DNA of 64,000 nucleotides from a candidate division FCPU426 bacterium (GTDB taxonomy: Bacteria; Oederibacteriota; Muellerivitia; Muellerivitales; Muellerivitaceae). Within the stretch, counting starts at the first letter, position 1, and the number at the start of each line of letters is the position of its first letter. Location: positions 256,001-320,000 of the forward strand of contig CAVYSE010000011.1 of the NCBI GenBank assembly GCA_963771075.1, read 5' to 3'. The position numbers and the translations under genes are program-made. Shown here piece by piece: positions 36,847 through 46,445 of this stretch. The notes beneath the pieces are model-generated. The model was not told the origin of the DNA and did no database searches. It saw nothing but the letters and a program-made list of their open reading frames with translations.

Positions 36847-38370
36847 ATGAAAAAAATTCTATATGGATTCAGCCTAACGATTTGGGGCTTGGCCTGCGGG
36901 GCTGGCGCCCAAACCTTGACCCTGGAGCAGGCCATCCGGTCCACCTGGGAGAATTCGTCCCAGTTACAGGCCCAAAAGGCCCTGGCGGGCATCTATTCGG
37001 ATGATACCTGGAGGCGGTTTGTGCCGGCGGAACCCAGCTTTTCCTATACGGACGACTACAGCGAGACCTTCTATACCCTGGGGCTTTCCCTGACCTACCC
37101 CTTCCCCTTGAAGAGCATCATCATGAACCAGCTGGACTGCGCAAACGCCGAACAACAAAGGTTCGAACTCACCGCCCAAAAATACGATTTGGCGGTCGCC
37201 ATCGCCCAGGCCTACATGAATGGTGCCACCGCCCAGGCCATGATCGAGTTCCAGAGGCAGAACGTGCAGGACCTGGAAACCATCACCGAGGCTATCCGCC
37301 TCCAATACGTGCATGGGCAGTCCAACCAGACCCAAAAGATCAGCGCCGAACTGCAGTTGACCCAGGCCCAAAGGGATCTCAAGACCGCCCAGGACCAACT
37401 GTCGACGGCCGTGGAATTGTACGCCCGGCTCATGAAAATTCCCCCCGTCCAGGTGACGGGTTTCGAATTGCCGGAGGACGTCCCTCCCTCCATCATCCGT
37501 GAATTGGGTGACCGAACTTCCGGGCAATTAAGGGATAAGGCCAATGTGGACGTGAATGAGGCCACCCGGGCCACCGGATTTTGGAACCAGTTTCCGGACC
37601 CGACTTTCAGCTTCAACAAGGATTACTACAACCCCAACAACTCGATTGTGCCTTTAAACGACAGTCCCACCCAGCAGCCCAGTGACTATAACTGGACCAT
37701 TTCCTTTACCCTCCCCATCCTGTTTCCCGTGCACGAGGTGGCGGAAGCCCAGCGCACCGAGAACCAGGGGGTCGTCGCCCGGGAACAGGCCAAATTGCAG
37801 TTGATCCAGGACAACTCGGCCCAGGAGGCTGGGGTGCTCGATTACAAGCGCAGTGTGGTCCGGTTCCGCCAATTGCATGACCGGGACCTGCTCCTGGCCG
37901 AGACCATGAGACAGGCCGCGGTGGAGGCCTATAAAAGAGGCCAGCTCCATTTCGCGGACCTGATGCTGGCCCGGCAGACCTACGCCAGCCTGAAGACCGA
38001 GGATATCCAGATCCGCCAGGAAATCGTCACCGCTCACCTGGCCGGATTAAGGGAATTATCGAAGAACCCTGAAACCGACGCTTCCATTCAAACGCAATCC
38101 ATCCCGGCTAACAACAACCCTCAAGTCTCCTCCGCGGCTGGGCCCGCTTCAACGAATCCAACCGCAACAGCGGTTCCGGCGCCCGTTCATCTATTGGGTG
38201 CGCCGGACGTAACCGGTGAAATTCCGGGCTCAAAACAGGATGTAAAACCCGCGGCCGAACCAGCCGCGAAAGAAAACCCAACAGACGAGGGCGAAACCAG
38301 TCAAGCCATCCCCCTGGCGACGCCCACGGCAGGAATAACGGCCGGGGATGACTCAAAAGAAACAAAGTAA
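36847..38370 (+). CDS. TolC-family outer-membrane efflux protein with Pro/Ala-rich tail
   Basis: Signal peptide, LTLEQAI start, YxxG coiled-coil repeats; precedes MFP and RND genes. Confidence 0.8.
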   Translation: MKKILYGFSLTIWGLACGAGAQTLTLEQAIRSTWENSSQLQAQKALAGIYSDDTWRRFVPAEPSFSYTDDYSETFYTLGLSLTYPFPLKSIIMNQLDCANAEQQRFELTAQKYDLAVAIAQAYMNGATAQAMIEFQRQNVQDLETITEAIRLQYVHGQSNQTQKISAELQLTQAQRDLKTAQDQLSTAVELYARLMKIPPVQVTGFELPEDVPPSIIRELGDRTSGQLRDKANVDVNEATRATGFWNQFPDPTFSFNKDYYNPNNSIVPLNDSPTQQPSDYNWTISFTLPILFPVHEVAEAQRTENQGVVAREQAKLQLIQDNSAQEAGVLDYKRSVVRFRQLHDRDLLLAETMRQAAVEAYKRGQLHFADLMLARQTYASLKTEDIQIRQEIVTAHLAGLRELSKNPETDASIQTQSIPANNNPQVSSAAGPASTNPTATAVPAPVHLLGAPDVTGEIPGSKQDVKPAAEPAAKENPTDEGETSQAIPLATPTAGITAGDDSKETK

Positions 38371-38397
38371 GTCTATTTTTAAGGAGAGGTGACGAAA

Positions 38398-39351
38398 ATG
38401 AAAACACTACAAGCAATCCTGCTGGCGGGGACATTGGCGATCGGAGCCAGGGCCTGGGCCAATGAATACCAATGGGCCAAGGTGATGGCTGGGGAAGAAA
38501 CGACGGGAATCCGAACGACGGGAAAGATCATTCCCCAGGCGGGAGCCTTGAAGAGCCTGTCGGCCAATACCCAGGGCCGGATCATTTCCGTCCTCAAGAA
38601 AGAAGGGGACGAGGTCGAGCCGGGCGACCCGATCTTCCTGGTCAACGACTCGGAATGCGAGGCCTTGGCCGAAGAGAAGCTTTTGGCCCGGAAAAACGGC
38701 GTCGAGGACCTGATCAAAGCGGCCAACCAGCGGGAAAAGGAATTGGGCGTCAAGGTGGAACAAGGCAAGTACGAGATCGTCTCACTCTATAAGGGGGTGA
38801 TCCTCCAAAACCTCGTCAGCGCGGGGACCATCTACAGCCAGGGCCAGCCCCTGGTCAATATCCTGGATATGCACCGTCTCACGGTGGAATTGGATTTCGC
38901 GGAAAAATACGTTTCCGACCTGCACCGGGGCCAGAAGGTCGCCTTCCAGCTGGCTTCCGATTCACAGACTTCCTACAACTCGACCATCGAAACCATCGTT
39001 CCCACGATCGACCCCAACCAGCGCACCACCATCGTCCGGCTGAAGCCAGTGGCCCTGCCCGCCGAAATCAACCTTTCCGAGCTGGTTTACGGCGTGGTCC
39101 AGACCGGGGCGAGCGTACCCATCCTGAAGGTTCCTTCCACCGCCCTGGTTTTCAACCATGACAAGCAATATGTCATGAAGGGCGACGAGAAAAACCCGGT
39201 GGCGGTGGAGGTCCAGGTGGTCAACGAGACGGATGACCTGAGTTCGGTGCGGCCCGTGAACCCCGGCGAACTTAAAGATGGGGACATGGTCGCCAGCGAC
39301 GGGGGCATTTACCTGTGGGCCAAGGTTAACGGCATTTACGGTGGTAGCTGA
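38398..39351 (+). CDS. RND periplasmic adaptor (membrane fusion protein)
   Basis: Lipoyl half-motifs GRIISVLKKEGDEVEPGDPIF, PTIDPNQRT, VPSTALV. Confidence 0.85.
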   Translation: MKTLQAILLAGTLAIGARAWANEYQWAKVMAGEETTGIRTTGKIIPQAGALKSLSANTQGRIISVLKKEGDEVEPGDPIFLVNDSECEALAEEKLLARKNGVEDLIKAANQREKELGVKVEQGKYEIVSLYKGVILQNLVSAGTIYSQGQPLVNILDMHRLTVELDFAEKYVSDLHRGQKVAFQLASDSQTSYNSTIETIVPTIDPNQRTTIVRLKPVALPAEINLSELVYGVVQTGASVPILKVPSTALVFNHDKQYVMKGDEKNPVAVEVQVVNETDDLSSVRPVNPGELKDGDMVASDGGIYLWAKVNGIYGGS

Positions 39352-39362
39352 TACGAAATAAA

Positions 39363-39466
39363 TCTACCCCCAAGGCACAAAGGCTCCAAGAAAGGCAATA
39401 AGTGTAAACCCGCAAATCAATGCTTTGACTCGGTTTTTCTTGGTGACTTGGTGTTTTAGTGGTTAA
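39363..39466. repeat. CCAAG/CTTGG inverted-repeat element
   Basis: CCCCAAGGCACAAAGGCTCCAAGAAA ... TTTCTTGGTGACTTGGTGTTTTAGTGGTTAA. Confidence 0.65.
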
Positions 39467-39513
39467 CAAAGTCTTTTTTGGGGGATGACGGACAAAGCGT
39501 AAAAGGATCTAAC

Positions 39514-42500
39514 ATGGTAAAGCTCATATTAAAATGGATGCAGTTCCAGCGGGAAGCCTTCGTGCTGTTCCTCTTCCTCTTGCTGGGCATCATCGGCTAC
39601 GGGGCCTACGTCGCCTTCAACAGCGAGATCATGGCCTTTCCCGAGTTTACTAACGTCCAATTCAACATCAATACCCAATGGCCCGGCCACGCGGCGGAGG
39701 AAATCGAGCGTCTGGTCACCATCCCACTGGAAACGGTCACCCGGAGCGTGCCGGGGGTGATCAATTCCACCTCCCTTTCCGAGTTTGGCTTGAGCGTCAT
39801 CCTCTTGACCTTCTCCGACGACACCCCCAATTGGAAGGCCCGAAGCGATACGGCCCAGTACATGACTAATGCCAGCTTACCTTCGGGTGTTTCACCCAGT
39901 ATCTCGACCGATACCACTCCCCTGGGGCAAATCATGCGTTTTTCACTGGTGGGTAACCTCCCGCCGGATGAGATGCGCATGATCGCGGATTGGCAGATCC
40001 AGCGCTACCTTTTGACGGTCCCGGGCGTTTCCGACGTTGAGACATTTGGGGGCCCCACCCGTACGATTGAGATCAAGGTGGATATACCCCGGATGCAATC
40101 CTTGGGGCTCAGCATCGCCCAAATCGCGCAGAACCTGGGTGCCAACCACCAAAACGCGGGTGGGGATTTCATCAGCCACGGCGACGAGATGTATATCGTC
40201 CGGTCCATCGGGCTTTACCAGGACCCCATGGATCTGGAGAACGCGGTCATCGCCACCCAGGGCAACACCCCTATCCGCATCAAGGATATCGGGTCGGTCG
40301 TCATGAGCCACCATGTCCGCCTGGGGCAAACCGGGCGGGACCACGACGACGATGTGGTGAGGTCCATGGTCAACCTGAGGGTCGGGGCCAATACCATGGA
40401 AACCCTGGCCGGTCTGCACAAGAAGATCAACGAACTCAACGACCATATCCTGCCCAAAGGCTGCAAGATCGACATCTATTACGATCGGGGCGACCTGATC
40501 CACCGCAGCAGCCGTACGGTTTTCCACAACGTCATCTTCGGGATTATCCTCGTATGCACGCTTTTGATATTGGGGTTCGGAATCCAATATTGGGCCATGT
40601 CGGCGGGGGTGGCACTGATCATCCCCTTCGCGCTTTTGGTGGCCTTCGTTGGCTTGCATATCTGTGGCTACAACCCCAACCTGATTTCATTAGGCGCGGT
40701 GGACTTTGGCATCATCGTGGAGACGGCGGTTTTCGGAGCCGAGGCCCTGGCCGTGTCCCTGGCCCGGCAAAAAAGGAAGGATGACGAGGCCAACGCCCTT
40801 GCCTTGTCCGAGGTTTTAGGCCCGGCTCTCCTTTGCGCCTTCCTGCTCCTGATCGCCTTTATTCCCATATTGAGCCTGCAGCGAATTGAGGGACGCATCT
40901 TCCGTCCCCTGGGGATCACCCTGGTTTCGGCTTTGGTCGGGGGGCAATTGGGCGCCTTCATCTTCCTTCCCCTGGCGGCATCCTGGGCGCCCATCGGGCC
41001 CAAACCCACCCAGTCGGACGCGGTTTTCCATTGGATACTGGAACGCTGTAACCGGGTCATGCTTTGGTTCAACAAGTTTAAATATATCGGATGGATCGCG
41101 GGGGCCATCATCGCTGTCCTTCTCATCGCCATCAATTGGGGTATGGGAACGGAATTTTTACCCACGATGAACGAGGGTAACATTTGGCTCCGCGTCAGCG
41201 CCCCGCCCACCATTTCACGGGAAAAGTCGATACAACTGGCTCATGAGATACGGGAAAGAATCCTACGGATTAAAGAGGTTAAATCGGTTGTTTCCCAGAC
41301 CGGCCGTCCCGATGACGGGAGCGATATCAGCGGTTTTGATACGCTGGAGTTCCAAATCGATCTGGGCGATCCGGAAGAATGGAAAAGCGCTGATTCGATC
41401 GAGGGGTTCGTGAAGCTGATCCGGGAACAGGAAAAAGACATCGAGGGCTGCGATTTTTACTATTCCCAGTACATCAAGGACAACGTGGACGAGGCCATCA
41501 CGGGGGTCATGGGAGAGCTGGCCCTCAAGATCCATGGTCCGGACCTGAAAGTTTTGAGAAACCTGGCGGACCAGTGTGAGGAAATCATTTCAAAGACGCC
41601 AGGGGCCACGGATGTGGGTGAGGAGGACATCTTCCAGCAGCCGGAACTGCAGTATGTGATGGACCGGGACAAGATGGACAGTTATGGCATTCAGGTTTCA
41701 CAAGCGGAGGATGTCCTCTCCTCGGCGCTTTCGGGCAAATGGGCAGCCCAGATGGTGGACCAGCAGGGCCGGTACGTGGATATTCTGGTTAAGCCGAAAC
41801 TGCCCAGCCCCATTACGCAGAACGTTTTGAATTCCATTCCCCTCCTGGCGCCCGGTGGCGGGGAGATACCTTTGGGAGAAGTGACCCAGGCCAAGGTGGT
41901 CGAGGGTGTGTCGCATATCTATCGGGAAGAAGGTGAGCGACGCGTCGCGGCCAAGTGCTCGGTGCGGGGAAGGGCGGTCGTGGAATTCGTCAAGGAAGCC
42001 GACGACAAAATCAAACAACAGGTCAAGCTTCCCCCGAAATACTGGTATTACTGGTCGGGGACATTCGAGAACGCCAAAAGGGCCAGCCGTCAATTGTCCA
42101 TCATTGTGCCGATTTGCATCCTGGCCATGATCATCATCATGTACACCTGGTTCAAGGACTGGAGGCTTCTGGCGATACTGCTGTGGGAAATCCCCTTTGC
42201 CACCATAGGCGGCTTGGCGGCCTTACGGATGGCCGGTTTGAACCTCAGCATCTCGGCGGCGGCAGGGGGTATCATCCGTATCGGGGTGTCCTTCCTGACG
42301 GGCATGATGATCATTTCGGCCTTCGTCAAGACCCGGGACGCCTCCAAGGCCTTGATGGAAAAGGGCCGTAGCATCCTGATTTCCAATGGGGTGGCCATCA
42401 TCGGCCTCTTGCCGGCGGCCCTGTCCCATGCCATCGGTTCCGAGACGGCGCGGCCTTTCGCGGTGGCGATTTTGGGGGGGTTGGCGGCCTCCATGACCCT

Positions 42501-42576
42501 CAGCCTGACCCTGCTTCCGGTCTTCCTGAAGAGGATCGAGAAGTACTATAAAAAACCAAAGCCCGAGGAAGAATAA
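39514..42576 (+). CDS. CusA/CzcA-family heavy-metal RND transporter
   Basis: AFPE, AEEIERLVTIPLE, SLGAVDFGIIVE, IEGRIFRPL, EFLPTMNEG, GRPDDG, GSETARPFA. Confidence 0.9.
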   Translation: MVKLILKWMQFQREAFVLFLFLLLGIIGYGAYVAFNSEIMAFPEFTNVQFNINTQWPGHAAEEIERLVTIPLETVTRSVPGVINSTSLSEFGLSVILLTFSDDTPNWKARSDTAQYMTNASLPSGVSPSISTDTTPLGQIMRFSLVGNLPPDEMRMIADWQIQRYLLTVPGVSDVETFGGPTRTIEIKVDIPRMQSLGLSIAQIAQNLGANHQNAGGDFISHGDEMYIVRSIGLYQDPMDLENAVIATQGNTPIRIKDIGSVVMSHHVRLGQTGRDHDDDVVRSMVNLRVGANTMETLAGLHKKINELNDHILPKGCKIDIYYDRGDLIHRSSRTVFHNVIFGIILVCTLLILGFGIQYWAMSAGVALIIPFALLVAFVGLHICGYNPNLISLGAVDFGIIVETAVFGAEALAVSLARQKRKDDEANALALSEVLGPALLCAFLLLIAFIPILSLQRIEGRIFRPLGITLVSALVGGQLGAFIFLPLAASWAPIGPKPTQSDAVFHWILERCNRVMLWFNKFKYIGWIAGAIIAVLLIAINWGMGTEFLPTMNEGNIWLRVSAPPTISREKSIQLAHEIRERILRIKEVKSVVSQTGRPDDGSDISGFDTLEFQIDLGDPEEWKSADSIEGFVKLIREQEKDIEGCDFYYSQYIKDNVDEAITGVMGELALKIHGPDLKVLRNLADQCEEIISKTPGATDVGEEDIFQQPELQYVMDRDKMDSYGIQVSQAEDVLSSALSGKWAAQMVDQQGRYVDILVKPKLPSPITQNVLNSIPLLAPGGGEIPLGEVTQAKVVEGVSHIYREEGERRVAAKCSVRGRAVVEFVKEADDKIKQQVKLPPKYWYYWSGTFENAKRASRQLSIIVPICILAMIIIMYTWFKDWRLLAILLWEIPFATIGGLAALRMAGLNLSISAAAGGIIRIGVSFLTGMMIISAFVKTRDASKALMEKGRSILISNGVAIIGLLPAALSHAIGSETARPFAVAILGGLAASMTLSLTLLPVFLKRIEKYYKKPKPEEE

Positions 42577-42623
42577 AATGGGCCGAATCGGGTGTTCCAG
42601 GGCGAGTAAGGGAAAGATGTAAT

Positions 42624-42670
42624 AAGCCCTGATTTAGCTTTCATTAAAAGCCAAATCAGGGCTTTTCTTT
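42624..42670 (+). terminator. Intrinsic terminator
   Basis: AAGCCCTGATTT...AAATCAGGGCTT followed by TTCTTT. Confidence 0.8.
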
Positions 42671-42843
42671 ATAAACGCAGCGAACCCCTATACATCCAGC
42701 CCTGAAGCCGTGCACCAACCCTGAACCAGGCGGCACGCTCGGGTGACCAAAACCAAATAATCAATAACCTTTATTTTTCGTGATTCGCCGCGAATCATTA
42801 TTTTTAAGGGTTTTTTTCGTTTTTTTATGAACGAAAATCCTTG

Positions 42844-43012
42844 CGTCCAATTCTTACCAACAATTTGTATGAATTGGACGTGAGATTATAGAATGTGGGT
42901 TTTAATTGTTCGTTATACGAACATTTAAAATAAGGGAATTTGGGGTAGTTTGATATCGGCGGAATCGTCACGTCCAATTGTCTTGAGAATCTCAAGTGAA
43001 TTGGACGTGAGA
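42844..43012. promoter_or_regulatory. Two CGTCCAATT-Nx-AATTGGACG inverted repeats
   Basis: 42844-42880 and 42968-43010, directly upstream of the wHTH gene. Confidence 0.65.
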
Positions 43013-43032
43013 ATGGATATTAAGGAGGGCGT

Positions 43033-43503
43033 ATGGAGGCAAAACCAACTATTAAAGGTTTTCTCAAGGGGTTTCTTGGCTTGAATAGTACCCCGGCTAA
43101 TCCTCAAAATCCCAATTCTTCCAATCAATCGCCGACACAAGAACCACCCCAACCCATACACCCGTTGAAGGAGCCCAAACCTAGGTCGGAGGCCTATCTC
43201 AACCGGCGAAAAGGGCGCATCAAGCACGGTTCGACCTTAGGTTATATAGAGACGATAGCCCCTTACCTTTTGGATAAGGGGGAAGTATCCCCAGGGGATA
43301 TGGCCCGGGAGCTTGGTATACCCAAAAGCACCCTGATCTACAACCTGAACCGGCTTTCAAAGATTTGTAACGGGGCCATCATTGAGGGAAGGGATTTGAA
43401 GGTACATGTCGTGAATAACCTATTAAAAGGTCACCGCTTGGAACGGGTAGGAGGTGGGAAGTATACCCGGTACCGGCTCGTACCATCAGAATCGAAAGAT
43501 TAG
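43033..43503 (+). CDS. Winged-HTH hypothetical DNA-binding protein
   Basis: TAAGGAGG RBS; SPGDMARELGIPKSTLIYNLNRL helix-turn-helix; ERVGGGKYTRY wing. Confidence 0.7.
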   Translation: MEAKPTIKGFLKGFLGLNSTPANPQNPNSSNQSPTQEPPQPIHPLKEPKPRSEAYLNRRKGRIKHGSTLGYIETIAPYLLDKGEVSPGDMARELGIPKSTLIYNLNRLSKICNGAIIEGRDLKVHVVNNLLKGHRLERVGGGKYTRYRLVPSESKD

Positions 43504-43964
43504 AGGTGACATATTTTGGCCAACTCAAGGCCCAAACGGGGGTGAAGCTGTTGATGGGGCTCTGTTGGGAATAGGACATCAAGGAGAAATTACGTAAAGT
43601 GCAGAAGCTTGCGGAAAAATGAGACGCTAAAAATCATGCGGTTTTATTGGCCATGACATTGATGAAAACAAGAATTATTGAATCGTTGAACGATAACGGA
43701 TTTTTTCAAGTCGTGAATGAATTTGAGAAGTGGGATAATGTCAAGGTTGTAAACGACGGGTAGGTAATTTTAATAAATGATGTCTGACCGTTTTCACGAT
43801 AGGTTAAGTTAAGGGGTCCTGACCGGAGACTTAACTTGGGCCTCAAACCAAAGAGTTGGGATTTCTTGCCGTCTCCGCAATTTCTGTGTTTTTTACCTTC
43901 CGGAATTGACATTTCTTGGCACCCCTTGGATGATACCGAGGAAACTAAAACAAAGGGAGAGTAG

Positions 43965-44264
43965 ATGCGTTCGCGCAAGTGGGTTAAATTTATAGCTCTT
44001 GCGGTCTTCTTGATTTTCGCAGGTGTGGAGTTGTCCGAAGGTTACATCCACCACCATCACGAAAAGACGGAAGATAGTGACGATGACTGCTCGTACTGCA
44101 GCTTCCATAAGGCTTTCAGCAAAGTTGATTTTTCAGCCGCGCCGCTTGTGGATTTGGTTCCGCTTTTCTTCCTGTTTTTCGCGGGGTTGGTTTATCTTCC
44201 GACCTTCCACGGCTTCCGGTTCATTCTCCCCACGGGCCGTGCCCCTCCGGTCGTTTTTTCCTAA
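43965..44264 (+). CDS. DUF2946-like leader protein (TM, His tract, CxxC, C-terminal RAPP)
   Basis: HHHH, CSYC, GRAPP; GGGAG RBS; heads the ABC operon. Confidence 0.78.
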   Translation: MRSRKWVKFIALAVFLIFAGVELSEGYIHHHHEKTEDSDDDCSYCSFHKAFSKVDFSAAPLVDLVPLFFLFFAGLVYLPTFHGFRFILPTGRAPPVVFS

Positions 44265-44450
44265 ATTCAAACGGGATAACAAATGAAAGAGTAGCGGGAG
44301 AGTTTTAGAATTCCCGTTCATTCCGACATAACCGGGTTCTTTCCTAAAAAATTCCCATTCCCTTTCATTCCCAGTTCTTCGTTTGAAATTAAGCATATTC
44401 CTTTTTAATCCCATCGCATCCTTTTAACCATAGACAGACATGAGGGATAA

Positions 44451-45146
44451 ATGAAAGTTCTGGAGATAAAAAACTTAAAAAAGACTTACCCATCGCCTGA
44501 GGGCGGCAATCACTTGGTTGTTCAAGTGAACCATTTCGCCCTGGGCCAGGGCGAACAGATGGCCTTGTCCGGGGAAAGCGGTTCGGGAAAAACCACTTTT
44601 TTGAACCTCATCGCGGGAATTTTGAAAGCGGACGAGGGAAGCATCCATCTGGGGGGGCAAGAGTTGGAATCGCTCCCTGAAAGCCGTCGGGACCTGCTTC
44701 GAGCCCAATCCCTGGGTTATATCTTCCAAACCTTCAACCTTTTACAAGGTTATACGGCTTTGGAAAACGTGGAGTTGGGCATGATGTTCGGCCAAGGAGT
44801 GGATTCAACCTACGCGGAATCACTCCTGCAACGGGTTGGACTGTCGAAGCGGCTCCAATATCTTCCCCGGCAGATGTCGGTGGGCCAACAGCAAAGGGTG
44901 GCGGTGGCCAGGGCCCTGGCCAATCATCCGAAATTGGTATTGGCGGATGAGCCCACGGGCCACTTGGACCATGAGAGGGCCATGGAGTCCCTTACTTTGA
45001 TCCGCCAAATCTGCCGTGAGAACGGGGCAGCCCTTCTTTTAGTCAGCCACGATAAGGAAGTCTTGTCGAAATTCGAGAAGGTGGAAAACCTGGGAAGGAT
45101 CAACCGGGCAGTTGAAACGGCAGGAAAAGGAGGGGCCAAATCATGA
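44451..45146 (+). CDS. ABC ATPase (LolD/MacB-like)
   Basis: GESGSGKT, MSVGQQQRV, LADEPTG, VSHD. Confidence 0.92.
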   Translation: MKVLEIKNLKKTYPSPEGGNHLVVQVNHFALGQGEQMALSGESGSGKTTFLNLIAGILKADEGSIHLGGQELESLPESRRDLLRAQSLGYIFQTFNLLQGYTALENVELGMMFGQGVDSTYAESLLQRVGLSKRLQYLPRQMSVGQQQRVAVARALANHPKLVLADEPTGHLDHERAMESLTLIRQICRENGAALLLVSHDKEVLSKFEKVENLGRINRAVETAGKGGAKS

Positions 45147-46417
45147 ACCCACTGGAATCCATAAAGAACCTGTTTTTCCTGGTCCGGCGGAGCATGAAAC
45201 AGCACGCCCTTTCCACGGCCATCACGGTGATGTCGGTGGGACTGGCGACGGGCCTCACCATGGCGGTCTTTTCCATCCAGCACCAAACCCGGGGGGCGTT
45301 CACGGGAGGGCGTGTGGGATTTGACGCGGTATTGGGCGCGAGGGGAAGCCAATTGCAGTTGGTCCTTAACGCCGTCTACCAACTGGAGACCTCCCCCGGC
45401 AACATCCCCTGGTCGCTTTACACGGAAGTGAAGAACGACCCGAGGGTGGAGTTGGCCATCCCTTACGCGGTGGGCGACAACTACATCGGTTACCGCATTG
45501 TCGGCACTACCGGTGACATCTTCACCCGCTTCGAGTACCAATTGGGAAAACACCTGGAAGTAGAGGAGGGGGGCCGGGTCTTCGACCCATCGAAACGGGA
45601 AGCCGTCATCGGCAGTTTCGTTGCTCAAAAACTAGGCCTGGGAGTGGGGTCAACCTTCAAGCCCTTCCACGGGCTTTATTACGATCCCAACATGCAGCAT
45701 GAGGAAGTCTTCCAGATCGTGGGAGTGCTCAAAACCACGAATACGCCGATGGACCGGGTGCTTTGGATCCCCATCGACGACGTGTACCGCATGAAGGGCC
45801 ATGTGTTGCGGGGTACGGGTAAGGAATATACGCCCCAGGCGGGCGTGGAAATCCCGGACGCCGATAAGGAAGTCTCCGCCGTCATGTTGAAATTCCACAG
45901 TCCCCAGGCGGGGTTCATGCTGGACCAGACCATCAACCGCCAGGGAAAAGTGGCGACCCTGGCCTGGCCGATCGGAAAGGTGATGGCCGAGCTTTTCGAC
46001 AAGATGGGGTGGGTTACCAAGATACTCACTTTGGTGGCCTACCTGGTGATGCTGGTGGCCGCCGCGTCCATCCTCTCCAGCCTGTACAACACGCTGAACG
46101 AAAGGCGCCGGGAATTCGCCATTTTGCGGTCCTTGGGCGCCAGGCGTTCCACGGTCTTTTCCGCCATCGTTATGGAAGCCACCGCAATCGCGGGGCTGGG
46201 GTCGCTGGTGGGTTATGCCATTTACCTGGCCTTGTTTTCCTTGGCCGCCATCATCGTGCGCGAACAAACAGGGGTGGTGCTGGAAGTTTTCCGGTTCCAC
46301 TTTTCCTTACTGGCCGTTCCCCTGGGCATGACGCTTTTGGGTGCCCTTTCCGGCTTGATCCCGGCCCTCAAGGCCTATTCCACCGACGTGGCCCGTAACC
46401 TGGACCCACTGTCTTAA
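45143..46417 (+). CDS. ABC permease (FtsX/MacB-type)
   Basis: GARGSQLQLVLNAVY, GDNYIGYRIVGT, ERRREFAILRSLGA; overlaps the ATPase stop. Confidence 0.9.
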   Translation: MNPLESIKNLFFLVRRSMKQHALSTAITVMSVGLATGLTMAVFSIQHQTRGAFTGGRVGFDAVLGARGSQLQLVLNAVYQLETSPGNIPWSLYTEVKNDPRVELAIPYAVGDNYIGYRIVGTTGDIFTRFEYQLGKHLEVEEGGRVFDPSKREAVIGSFVAQKLGLGVGSTFKPFHGLYYDPNMQHEEVFQIVGVLKTTNTPMDRVLWIPIDDVYRMKGHVLRGTGKEYTPQAGVEIPDADKEVSAVMLKFHSPQAGFMLDQTINRQGKVATLAWPIGKVMAELFDKMGWVTKILTLVAYLVMLVAAASILSSLYNTLNERRREFAILRSLGARRSTVFSAIVMEATAIAGLGSLVGYAIYLALFSLAAIIVREQTGVVLEVFRFHFSLLAVPLGMTLLGALSGLIPALKAYSTDVARNLDPLS

Positions 46418-46445
46418 CAATTGAATAAAACTAAGGAGAAGAAAA

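Noticed and set aside
43600..43960. Fur/Zur box upstream of the metal cassette
   Set aside because: The region is AT-rich but no convincing 7-1-7 or 9-1-9 palindrome could be identified
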